Shown: piece after piece, positions 23,317-42,167 of the stretch
How the letters are laid out: each line of letters begins with the position of its first letter
How positions within the stretch are numbered: the stretch's first letter is position 1
Notes under the pieces: model-generated
The model's database searches: none
The model's input: the letters and a program-made list of their open reading frames with translations, nothing else
Told to the model about the DNA's origin: nothing
Position numbers and translations under genes: made by a program
Source of the DNA: Macrostomum lignano
Taxonomy: Eukaryota
DNA length: 64,000 nt
Assembly: GCA_002269645.1 (NCBI GenBank)
Contig: NIVC01000089.1
Span: 1-64,000, forward strand
Reading direction: 5' to 3'

Positions 23317-25274
23317 ATGCTTAACAACGTTGCAAAAGGTCATGGTAACCATGGCAACCATCGGCCTTCCGAGCCATCCGCGCCGCCGCCGCTGCAGATG
23401 CCACCTCCTCCGTACATGCCAGAGGAAGGCGCAACCAACGCCAGCAACTGCAGCTCGCGGCATCTGCGCGGCCTCGTCAGAGCCGCTCTCGAAGCTGACG
23501 AAGCCAACGGCGGAGTTGGCGGCAGCGAAGTTGTCGCCAGGTACCTGGATGCCCGGCGCCAGCTGCTGGCTGCTCACAGTGACGCCGCCGAAGATTCTTT
23601 GAAGCAGTTGGCTGCCAGCCTGCTCGAGAATGTCAACTCGAGACTGCTAAGCCTCGGAGTTCAGCTGCCTGATGAGGGCAATGAAGCTGATGAGCCGACT
23701 GTTGCCGCGACTGAGGTGTGTTGCGACTGAAGTCATGGGCCACCACCACCCACCCAGATCCTCAGTTGCTGGGCCAGCTTCCCAGAGTGTCAGTTGCTGT
23801 GCCAGCCTCCCAGATTCTCAGTTGCTGGGCCAGCCTCCGTGATCCTCAGTTGCTGGGCCAGCCTCCGAGATCCTCAGTTGCTGGGCCAGCCTCCCAGATC
23901 CTCAGTTGCTTGGCCAAAGCCACCTTCCCAGATCCGTAATTTCTGAGCTACAGCAGCTTCCCAGAGTGTCAGTTGCTGGGTCACCCTCCCAGATCCTCAG
24001 TTGCTGGGTCACCCTGCCAGATCCTCAGTTGCTGGGTCACCCTCCCAGATCCTCAGTTGCTGGGCCAGCCTCCCGGATCCTCAGTTGCTGGGCCAGCCTC
24101 CCGGATCCTCAGCTGCTGGGCCAGTCTCCGAGATCCTCAGTTGCTGGGCCAGCCTCCCAGATCCTCAGTTGCTGGGCCAGCCTCCCAGATCCTCAGTTGC
24201 TGGGCCAGCCTCCGAGATCCTCAGTTGCTGGGCCAGCCTCTGAGATCCTCAGTTGCTGGGTCAAAGCCACCTTCCCAGATCTTAAGACTGCAGCCTCCCA
24301 AACCCGCAGCTGTTTCGGCTCCCAGACGGTGTCCGTCTATTCTTCGTAGCCTCGGACGGCCGAATCCGACACGGCGGCTCCAACAGCAGCCTCAGCCTGT
24401 TCGTCTTTGACGATGCCGCCACTGCCAGCGAAGCCGAGCAGAGCCAGTCGGCCCAGCCTCCAGCCTTCATCACTGTGGGCAGTCACTGGCGTTGCCCTTT
24501 GATCCCCGGCGTCACCCCGGTGCTCGCCTCGGCCAGCGGGGCGCTGATCTTCCCGGATTTGGAGGCTCAGGACGAGGCCTCGTCTGTCGGGGTGATGCTG
24601 CCAGAGGGCCTGGACACCGAGAGCCGCTTCCTGCTGCTGGACCTGCTGGCTTGCCTGTCCAGATTGGGTGAGTTGCTTGTGTCCGAGCTTCAGGTGGGTG
24701 AGATCTCAGTTATAGTGAGCTTCAGGTGGGTGAGATCTCAGTTATAGTGAGCTTCAGGTGGGTGAGATCTCAGTTATAGTGAGCTTCAGGTGAGATCTCA
24801 GTTATAGTGAGCTTCAGGTGAGATCTCAGTTATAGTGAGCTTCAGGTGAGATCTCAGTTATAGTGAGCTTCAGGCGGGTGAGATCTCAGTTATAGCGAGC
24901 TTCAGGTGGGTGAGATCTCAGTTATAGTGAGCTTCAGGTGAGATCTCAGTTATAGTGAGCTTCAGGTGAGATCTCAGTTATAGTGAGCTTCAGGTGAGAT
25001 CTCAATTATAGTGAGCTTCAGGTGGGTGAGATCTCAGTTACAGTGAGCTTCAGGTCGGTGAGATCTCAGCTGAAAATCCGGTATTAAAAGTTTAGTTACG
25101 CCCCTGATGGAATGTACGTGCAGTTGTGCTATCAGTGATTAATGTGCAAATGTCGCCTAATAAATTTTCTTTGGTTGCTGGAGAGCGAGGAAACGAGGCG
25201 GTAGGGCCGGATCCGAGTCGGATGAAGGCTGCCCGGCGTCACTGGCGAGCGCGCCTTCGACCGGCGCGAATTGA
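23317..25274 (+). CDS. SPART: Spartin (SPG20) homolog: MIT-like domain plus central domain; no senescence domain found
   Basis: Exon 23317-23715 (PPPY; RAALEADEAN..YLDARRQL..LLENVNSRLLSL is MIT-like). Exon 24310-24667 (LFRLPDGVRLFFVASDGRI..PPAFITVGSHWRCPLIPGVTPVL..GALIFPD..VGVMLPEGL..LLDLLACLSRL) aligns by eye to human spartin IPNGVQIFFV..PPGFLQVCDWLYPLVPDRSPVL..GAYMFPD..VGVVL..FEDLL. The short terminal exon 25186-25274 is tentative. Confidence 0.8.
23752..24280. repeat. 28-bp minisatellite CAGCCTCCCAGATCCTCAGTTGCTGGGC (dispersed family)
   Basis: Same unit at 43385-43642 and 51432-52278. Confidence 0.95.
24688..25072. repeat. 28/32-bp minisatellite GAGCTTCAG(GTGG)GTGAGATCTCAGTTATAGT
   Basis: Tandem units beginning 20 nt after the Spartin exon 2 donor. 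Confidence 0.95.
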
Positions 25275-25479
25275 GTGGAGGCGCGAAATCGCATCTTATG
25301 CTACTTGCAGTGGTAGACTGTGCATGCACTACGCACTATGGCCTAGCGGGTGTTATTCAGCAAAACTTAGCCGCAACCAATGAGGGGGCGTCGTTTCTTA
25401 GAGAATATTTATTTATACTACATTTACATTTATTTCGGCACGTAATGGCGTGTAATTTCATTCATTCGGAAGGAGCGTT

Positions 25480-25910
25480 ATTTAGTAGCGACTTTTGTGA
25501 CTTTTTAACGACTCAAACGACTGCAATGCGACGCAGAGGCGACTGTTGAGTCACGAGCGCATCACGTGAGTTGCAGAGTCATAAAAAGTCGCGAAACAGT
25601 CGTCTAAGAGAGTCGCTGTGTTAGCGCTTAACTTACTACTGACTTAAGTAGGCTAAACAGAGTTGTTACAAATGCGAAATGCGATTCAAATTCATAATAA
25701 AGTAATGCAGATGCGCTTCAGACGCAACTCAGAAATTCTACAGCGACTCCAGCACGCCTCAGATACGACTCAGATACGGCTCCAGAGTCGTTTCAGAGTC
25801 GCAGACTCGTTCCTGACATCTCGTCGTTTTAGAGTCGTCTAGAGTCGCTTTACTATTTTACCTGTATTTTACCTGCAACGACTCTTGGGGCGTTTCTTGG
25901 CCTAGGTACC
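25480..25910. repeat. GAGTC/GACTC-rich dispersed element, copy 2
   Basis: GACTGTTGAGTCACGAGCGCATCACGTGAGTTGCAGAGTC is identical to the stretch near 49740; the second block matches 22365 and 49893. Confidence 0.8.
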
Positions 25911-26397
25911 GTTTTCAGATAAATTGTATAATGAGATAGATTATGCACTCAGTCAACCTCCCAAATGAATTCTTAGAAACAAGAAAAAGTGGCCCCGTCC
26001 TTCTGTTTGAGTCTTCCTTGCTCACTTATACTCTGCTCACTTATAATATTCGGATTGCAAGGCGGAACTCACGCACTTCCCTTTTAGATTCGTTGTGACC
26101 AGTTGCATGAAACTGACTAATTATTATTTTCTTGTCAGTAAAGTAGTTTATTGCAATATATTCAGCCCAATCTATTGTATTGTATTATCACATTTAGAGC
26201 GAATGACGCTTTACACAATGTGAAATGTGTTTATTTTCTATTTTACTTCTGCGTTGAGTTTTCTTTGCAAATACACTGGATTTATTGTGGATATTTTTTG
26301 ATAAAGTATATTTACTAATGTTTAGTTTTTATTAGTAAATTGAGTAAAGGATCACTTAAGTTTTGTGAACTGAAAAATATTAAGAAGGTGACAGTCT

Positions 26398-26997
26398 ACT
26401 CAGGTAGCCTAAAGAGTATATAGGTAGGTTAGGGTAGCCTAGAGAGTAGATAGGTGGGTTAGGGTAAGCTAAAGAGTATATAGGTAGGTTAGGGTAGCCT
26501 AGAGAGTAGATAGGTGGGTTAGGGTAGCCTAAAGAGTATATAGGTAAGTTAGGGTAGCCTAGAGAGTAGATAGGTGGGTTAGAGTAGCCTAAAGAGTATA
26601 TAGGTAGGTTAGGGTAGCCTAGAGAGTAGATAGGTGGGTTAGGGTAAGCTAAAGAGTATATAGGTAGGTTAGGGTAGCCTAGAGAGTAGATAGGTGGGTT
26701 AGGGTAGCCTAAAGAGTATATAGGTAAGTTAGGGTAGCCTAGAGAGTAGATAGGTGGGTTAGAGTAGCCTAAAGAGTATATAGGTAGGTTAGGGTAGCCT
26801 AGAGAGTAGATAGGTGGGTTAGGGTAGCCTAAAGAGTATATAGGTATGTTAGGGTAGCCTAGAGAGTAGATAGGTGGGTTAGGGTAGCCTAAAGAGTATA
26901 TAGGTAGGTTAGGGTAGCCTAGAGAGTAGATAGGTAGGTTAGGGTAGCCTAGAGAGTAGATAGGTAGGTTAGGGTAGCCTAGAGAGTAGTTAGGTAG
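26398..26997. repeat. 30-bp minisatellite (60-bp dimer) containing TTAGGG
   Basis: TAGGTAGGTTAGGGTAGCCTAGAGAGTAGA alternates with a ..TAAAGAGTATA variant. Confidence 0.95.
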
Positions 26998-27070
26998 ATA
27001 TGCGTCGATAAATTGATTCTTACTGAAGTCATGCATCACCTGCCGCTTTGCTGCTGAGCAAGCAGCACTC

Positions 27071-35193
<8,123 letters not shown>

Positions 35194-35596
35194 GTTGGCA
35201 ATTGTTGAATTGGAAATGATAAACTCGGTTTTCAACTTCTATTAGGTAACTTTGAATTTGCTCTTTAAAATTTAAATTGTCAATTCGCGTCTCTATTTTA
35301 TTATGCAATGGATCTATTATTATCTGTATTTGAATTTTCAAATTGAAAATGAAGTTGCACACATACACTCGCTATGCTGAATCGGCTTTAGAAAATTTAT
35401 TTATAGAGTAAGCTTAATAAGTCTTCTGTTTAAATTATATATGAATGCCTCAAAATTATTGACTAGTGATTGTTTTGGTTTAGTCTACAAGCGTTATGAC
35501 TGCAAGTTTTAGCCAAATTCCACTGTTTCAGCTGACTTCGTCTTTCTCTGTTATTTTTTATAATAGACTGTAAACAATTTCATCTGAATCAGGCGC

Positions 35597-35735
35597 CTCC
35601 TCTGTAGCTGACGCCCCTCTCTGTAGCTGATGCCCCCCTCTGTAGCTGATGCCCCCTCTGTAGCTGACGCCCTCTCTGTAGCTGATGCCCCCCTCTGTAG
35701 CTGATGCCCCCTCTGTAGCTGGCGCCCCTCTGTAG
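35597..35735. repeat. 19-21-bp array TCTGTAGCTGATGCCCCC
   Basis: Direct tandem repeats downstream of OPA1. Confidence 0.9.
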
Positions 35736-35939
35736 CAGCTGTGTCGATTCTCTTATCTTACTATTGTTAACGTTGCTTTCGTCTTGCCCGATCCACACTG
35801 TTGTAGAGATGACAAATAGCAGTCGAAATTTTAGCCCAAGTGCGATTACTGTACATTTTTTTATCAACTGAGGCGCCTAATGCTCTATAGGAGTATTTGT
35901 ACGTTATACATGTAATGTCTTAATAATCTTAGTCCCATA

Positions 35940-36285
35940 TATGTGTACATATATGCCCATTCCACTGACCCCTGGCATGCACTACATCATGATGCATGAA
36001 GATAGAAGATTACACCAATGTACACCAGAGCACAGCCAGGCCAGTGTACATTGGTCAGCGGCAATAAAGTTGTTATCATCTGCAGGAATCGCATATCTCA
36101 GACACTCTGCTCCAGGTATATAGGCAATTGTCCCTCATGTCATTTAGCCTCTGGACGATTGGCGACTTTCGTGAATGTGCGTGCACGCGTAGTGTTTGTG
36201 TGACTGCGCGGAATCGAAACCCCGTCCCTGGCATCGAATTTGTTGGACGACCAGACGCGGTACGGTTCGGCGCTCCTCATTTCTG
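35940..36285 (-). mobile_element. Diverged tRNA-headed SINE-like element
   Basis: Minus-strand B-box-like GTTTCGATTCC. The head resembles the one at 62245-62311, and the body shares GCCGCTG..TGTACAC and GGAATGGGCA with the 45258 and 62005 copies. Confidence 0.45.
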
Positions 36286-36502
36286 GCAATCATCATCAAA
36301 ACATCAAAACAATGTAACTTTATGAACGTTGTGATTAGAAGCGATTGGTATTATTGGGCTGGGCACTTGATTGTTTTTGTAAATTAGATATGCGCGTAAT
36401 CATATCAAGTTCATGCATTAAACTAAAACCGTTTGCAAACACTAAAACAAAACTATTTTGTTTGCTATTTAGTTTGTGTTTTCTCGTTTTGTGTAATACT
36501 TA

Positions 36503-36503
36503 T

Positions 36504-36544
<41 letters not shown>

Positions 36545-36545
36545 T
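36503..36545. repeat. (TAC)n microsatellite
   Basis: Direct observation. Confidence 0.95.
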
Positions 36546-37869
36546 GTAATACTTATTAGTTGTTATAGCGTTTGTACGATTTTCGGAATTCTGATATAAA
36601 GAAATTTGGAATAGCTATAAAAATTTTAAGCTTATTCCGATTGTTGAAGTGGAACTATTATATTAAGATGATCAATAGATCATACTAATAAGTCATGGGA
36701 CACGCGGTGTTTAGGAATTTAACTAGATTTTGCAATTTAGCAATTTAATTGTACGAACCTTCGTACATGGTTTTTTTTATTTGGGCTAGGACTTAGCTAG
36801 ATTAGAGTCCCAGACCCACCCACAGCTAGTGTCCAGTGACGGCACAGTCTGCTATAGAGTTTGACCCAGGCAGGCCATTCTATTATTTTGATACATTCCT
36901 GTTTTTATTTACAGAATTCTGAATAGGGCCTATTGTTTCAGATCTTTACCATTGATTAGGCCTATCAGACTTAGATCTATAGTCTAGAATATTCATCACG
37001 AAACAAACAGATACTTATGTTAGCAATTTAACCGGACAAATAGCAAAAAGGCTATTCGTCTAGTCACCAGACAAATAACAACTGCCTAAAAAAAGTTGTA
37101 AATGCCACAGTCTACTAGCTTGGCTTTTTAAGTGCTTCCTAGCTAGGCCTATTTGAATTATTTTACCATTGATACCAAATTGTATTAAGTTCATTTTTTG
37201 ATCCTAATAATGAGGATGCACCATATTCCGGATCATGTAGGCCTCTAATATTATAAGAATTTGGGTAGGCCCTATGCTTTGGCTTTGCATACCAAAAGTT
37301 AGGTGTACATAGTTGGAATGCATTATTCCTAGGCCTAAGAAAATAATATATATATTATACACCTTAACACCTAGTGTGCAATTTATAGAATCATAGAAAA
37401 ATTAGTAATAAATAGAAAAAAAGATTGAAAAGTTCATTTTTAAATATAAATTTAAAGCTTTCTAGTTTTTAAGCTAGTTTTAACAAAAAGGAAACAAATG
37501 TTGAAGTATATCAATTTTCTATTCTAAATAGTATAAGCCCCCCTAAGCCAATAGTCAGGAAGATGGCCTTTTTTGCAAAAAATTCTAGCTCAAAATGGGA
37601 TTAGACATGCGCTATGCTGGCAAGACTCAAGAGAAAAAATCTAGCATAGTATGGCATAAGACAAAAAAAATGGTATAATTTGGTGCAAGAAAAAACTTTC
37701 AATGAGATAATATTTTGTTTGATAGAAAATTAAGATTAAATTTGTATAAAATAATATAAAATTAAATTATAACACTGTATTTTCTATGAAACAAATTCAA
37801 ATACAAGTTTTACCAGTATTGAATTTTTTAAATAGAAAATTACTGACTATATTTTTCAAAAAGTTGCAG

Positions 37870-38171
37870 TACATGGCATGAACAATTTTTTTGTGGCTTT
37901 TTTGGCCATGCAACTTCGTTTTAACAAAAATGCAATGTAGTTTTTGGCCAAAAATGTGACTTACATGTAAAAAACCCTAAAGCAAAATTAACACAACTTT
38001 ATGTAAATGACAGGAGTAACTATGACTGTCTTGTTAAGCCAAAATGCCTCATCAGCTACTTAGTACTACTACTTGGTTATTTTTTCGGGATGGCATTTTT
38101 GCGACTTCCTTGGTTGGCCACCAAATCGGTCAGCCAGATTGGCCGACTCGGCCGACTGTTGCACATGTATG
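37870..38171 (+). mobile_element. Older, CpG-decayed copy of the CATACATGCGCAAC MITE (left end degraded)
   Basis: Colinear with 39151-39438; right end GTTGCACATGTATG; many CG-to-CA/TG changes. Confidence 0.8.
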
Positions 38172-38280
38172 TTCCGGTGCATGGCACAATCAAACTTATT
38201 TGATAGGATTTATTTTGCCATGATCCTGACTATGGCCCTAAGCAAAAAAGATAAATAATCAACCAAATTATCTGCCAAAA

Positions 38281-38565
38281 TCATCACACTAGCCTGGCCC
38301 ATCCTAGCGATCTACTGTGCCATCGGCGACTCCAGCTGGCAGGCCATGTCATCCACACCGAGGCCTATTGTCCCGAGCCAGTGCAGGTGCTGCTACTTAC
38401 ATTGCAGGCACCCTACCAGCAGGGACAGGCAAGGACTCGGCGCTACGTTGACTATCTGCTGGCTGATGCCGGCGCCCCAGACTTTGCCGGTGGTGCAGCC
38501 TTTGTTCGCACCCAAGCTTCAAAGCGCGCCATCTGATGCTGCTTTTGCAAACTGGCAGCATACTC

Positions 38566-38603
<38 letters not shown>

Positions 38604-38613
38604 GGCGCAGGCA
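38281..38613 (+). mobile_element. 5'-truncated RTE-like non-LTR retrotransposon with (GTT)n tail and 65-bp direct repeats
   Basis: Frame 38291-38536 reads SLAHPSDLLCHRRLQLAGHVIH..EPVQVLLL..QGQARTRRYVDYLLADAG, like the RTE C-terminal RRLxxAGH..Y.D.L..D pattern. Flanks 38216-38280 and 38614-38678 are identical. Confidence 0.75.
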
Positions 38614-39150
38614 TGCCATGATCCTGACTATGGCCCTAAGCAAAAAAGATAAATAATCAACCAAATTATCTGCCAAAAAAGATCCTTTATACAACATAAA
38701 ATTGTCATTTATTGTTGAAATACAAATAGGTCATTTACTGTTGCAACACTAAGCCTAGCCTAGATTTTAGAATTAGAGTGTGGGTATACATATATATTTT
38801 TGGCATATTTTATGCTATTCAATTTTTTTGGGTGTGCACTCAGCATGATCTAGACTAAAAGAGATGCAGTTGTTTTGTTTGCTGTCAATCTATCTGCTAG
38901 CAGAAAAATTACTATTTAGTAGTAGGTATGTTAATTGTTTGTTTTAACATGATCATATGGCATATTATGAATAGTTGATTAATTTTTATTTTTTTTTTTT
39001 GCCAAAAAAAATTCAAAGCAAATAGAAAAAATATTACTTTGTTTATATGCTGCATAATATAATTTGAGGAGATAAGACTATATAATTTAGCTTTTATTTC
39101 AAAATACAACCTTTTATAATATAATCTTTAGCAATGCTATGCATTTCAAT

Positions 39151-39438
39151 CATACATGCGCAACCTCCAAAATTCGGTCGGCCGTGCGACTTAGTTTTAA
39201 CAAAAATGCGACGTAGTTTTTGGCCAAAAATGCGACTTACATGTAAAAAAAACCCGAAAGCAAAATTAACGCAACTTTGGGTAAACGGCAGGAGTAACTA
39301 TGACTGTATTATAAAGCCTCGTCAGCTACTTAGTACTACTACTCTGTTTTTTCGGGTCGGCATTTTTGCGACTTCCTTGGTTGGCCGCCAAATCGGTCGG
39401 CCGGATCGGCCGACTCGGCCGACTGTTGCGCATGTATG
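39151..39438 (+). mobile_element. hAT-type MITE, 288 bp
   Basis: Perfect 14-bp TIRs CATACATGCGCAAC / GTTGCGCATGTATG, perfect 8-bp TSD ATTTCAAT and subterminal CGGCCGA repeats. Confidence 0.93.
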
Positions 39439-39964
39439 ATTTCAATTCATTGCACTATGCAGCACTACAAGAAATGCATAGGGAAAATACATGAACTTTG
39501 TGCTTTGTATAACATTTCTACCAAAATGTGAATTCAAAACTTGAGATATATCTATATTTATCTTAACAAAAGTAGCACTAAATGATGAAATAAAAAAATA
39601 GATGCTTTTTGTAGCAAATATTGCTCTTTGCACAAATGGCAATATATGCTTCATTGCTTCATTGCTGGGTATTGTTTTCATTGGACACAATAGCAGACAA
39701 CTATCTATTCTAACATGGACCTCTAGTAGACAAAATGACCCCTATCTGCCACTAAGTTGTTATAGCTTTTTTTCTACTATGGCTTATCCCACCTGATCCT
39801 ATCTTTATTATCAAGTTTTTTTATAAATTATATTCTGATCTAAAGACTCCTTGCATAGCATAGGTACAAGCTATAGATTTGGTCTAACCTTCCTATATAT
39901 AAAGTATGTAGGACAAAAATGATATAGCTATATTGCATATACTTAAGAGTATGGGTTATATGGA

Positions 39965-40261
39965 CATACATGCGCAACAGTCGGCCGAGTTGGCCGATCC
40001 GGCCGACCGATTTGGCGGCCAACCAAGGAAGTCGCAAAAATGCCCACCCAAAAAATACCAAAGTGGTAGTACTAAGTAGCTGACGAGGCATTCTGGCTTA
40101 GTAAGACAGTCATAGTTACTCCTGCCGTTTACCCAAAGTTGCGATAATTTTGCTTTAGGGTTTTTTTACATGAAAGTCGCAGTTTTGGCCAAAAACTACG
40201 TCGCATTTTTGTTAAAACTAAGTCGCACGGCCGACCAAATTTTTGAGGTTGCGCATGTATG
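39965..40261 (-). mobile_element. hAT-type MITE, inverted copy, 297 bp
   Basis: Same TIRs; flanks TATATGGA / TATATAGA (7/8); reverse complement of 39151-39438. Confidence 0.92.
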
Positions 40262-41175
40262 TATATAGATGTTTAGCAATTGAGATTTATTTAACTATTG
40301 AGGCTTACTCAGCAAAACTAGAAAAATTAGCATTAAGATATTTGTAGTCATTTGATACTATCTTATCAAGCAAAGTTCCAAAAGCTTTGCCTAGGTTAAG
40401 GCCAATGCTCAACAAAGTCAGAACTGATGCAAAAATATGTGGTCAACATTTTTATTAAATTTATAGGCCTATAAATGCCACACTATAGTATTTTGCTAAT
40501 TGCTATATAGGGATATATTGAATATAATAATGCTTATAAGAGAAATTGGACCTTTTGGAAGAATCATTATCTCATTAGTCCCAAAAGGCAAGCAACTAGT
40601 TTTTTTAGATAGTATGCAAAAAAGTTGGCCCATGCTTTGAATTTTGTGTGCCTATGTTATTCTATTTTGATATAGCAAAAAGGGATTTCCCTCCTTGGTA
40701 GTTCTATTTTTTTAAAGTAGGCATTGCTACTTACCTTTATGCCTATATTTATAGCTGCTATATACCTAGGTGCATATTTCAAGTTGATAAAATGGAAAAT
40801 AATGTCTCTTGCTAGTTATATGCCAATTGTCATTTCAACTATATTGTGCTTAACCCTTGTTGTTTCCAAAAATAGTAAAAAAGTTTTAGGACAAATCTTT
40901 GTATAAAATCATTGTGCAATAGAGATTAAAATGAGCAATAGTTAATTTGTTAAGTACATCTTTGATAAAATGCACTTTATGGTCTTTTTAATGTATGGTT
41001 TTTAATTGAAAATTCTTGTCTAAATTGGCTATAGCTATAGAATACAAATGGCTATGGATAACATTAGCAATCTATATGCCCCTAGCAGAAAGCAGATAAA
41101 GAATTTAATTTTTTTTCTAAATAAACTACACATAGCTTCTGACCTCAGCCTTTGTATCTTAGTGGTTCCTCCTAA

Positions 41176-41840
41176 GCCTTGACATCTCAGCAATTCCCCT
41201 CAAGCCTTGCCAACTCAGTGATTGCTCCCGTAAGCCTTGAACTCAAAGCAATTCACCCCCAATAAACCTTGAAATCTCAGCAATTCCCCCCATAAGCCTT
41301 GACATCTCAGCAATTCCCCGTAAGCCTCAACATCTCAGCAATTCCCCCTGTAAGCCTCGACATCTCAGCAATTCCCCCCATAAGCCTCGACATCTCAGCA
41401 ATTCCCCCAGTAAGCCTTGACATCTCAGCAGTTTCCCCATAAGCCTTGACATCTCAGCAGTTCCCTGGCCCCCATAAGTCTTGACATCTAAGCAATTCCC
41501 CCATAACCCTTGATATCTCAGCAATTCCCCCCATAACCCTTGATATCTCAGCAATTCCCCCATAAGCCTCGACATCTCAGCAATTCCCCCCATAAGCCTC
41601 GACATCTCAGCAATTCCCACAGTAAGCCTTGACATCTCAGCAGTTTCCCCATAAGCCTTGACATCTCAGCAGTTCCCTGGCCCCCATAACCCTTGATATC
41701 TCAGCAATTCCCCCCTCCAAGACTTGACATCTCAGAAATTCCCCCCCCCAAGACTTGACATCTCAGCAATTCCTCTCAACCCATGCCAGCTCAGTGATTG
41801 CCCCTGAAAGACTTGACATCTCAGCAATTCCCCCCATGAG
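41176..41840. repeat. About 30-bp minisatellite TAAGCCTTGACATCTCAGCAATTCCCCC
   Basis: Reverse complement of the unit at 4998-5270 and 14470-15430. Confidence 0.92.
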
Positions 41841-42167
41841 CCTTGCCATAGCTTCCCATAGAAAAAAACTGCTCTTATGGCTACAACTGGAAAAATATGT
41901 AGTACTTGTAGTTTATAAGCTTTCCTATAGACTTCTATTAAGTTTTAGTATTTTATTTTGAATTTAAATCAATTATATGGTAAAACAATTGTTTAGTAAT
42001 ATTGTAGCAAAAAACTTGAAGTTTATTGTACAAAGAAGAATTTTTGTCTTGCTGTAATTATGACTAAAACTTATGGTAAAATGCCTACAGTAGAAAACAC
42101 CTGCTTTAGCCTAGAAGGTCTTCCATTTTATGGCTAAGGTCAAAATATACTGAACACCTGAATTGCA

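Noticed and set aside
25126-25549. ORFs 25126-25383 and 25271-25549 as a separate gene or the spartin senescence domain
   Set aside because: They show no similarity to the senescence domain or any family I recognise; only a short terminal exon is plausible.
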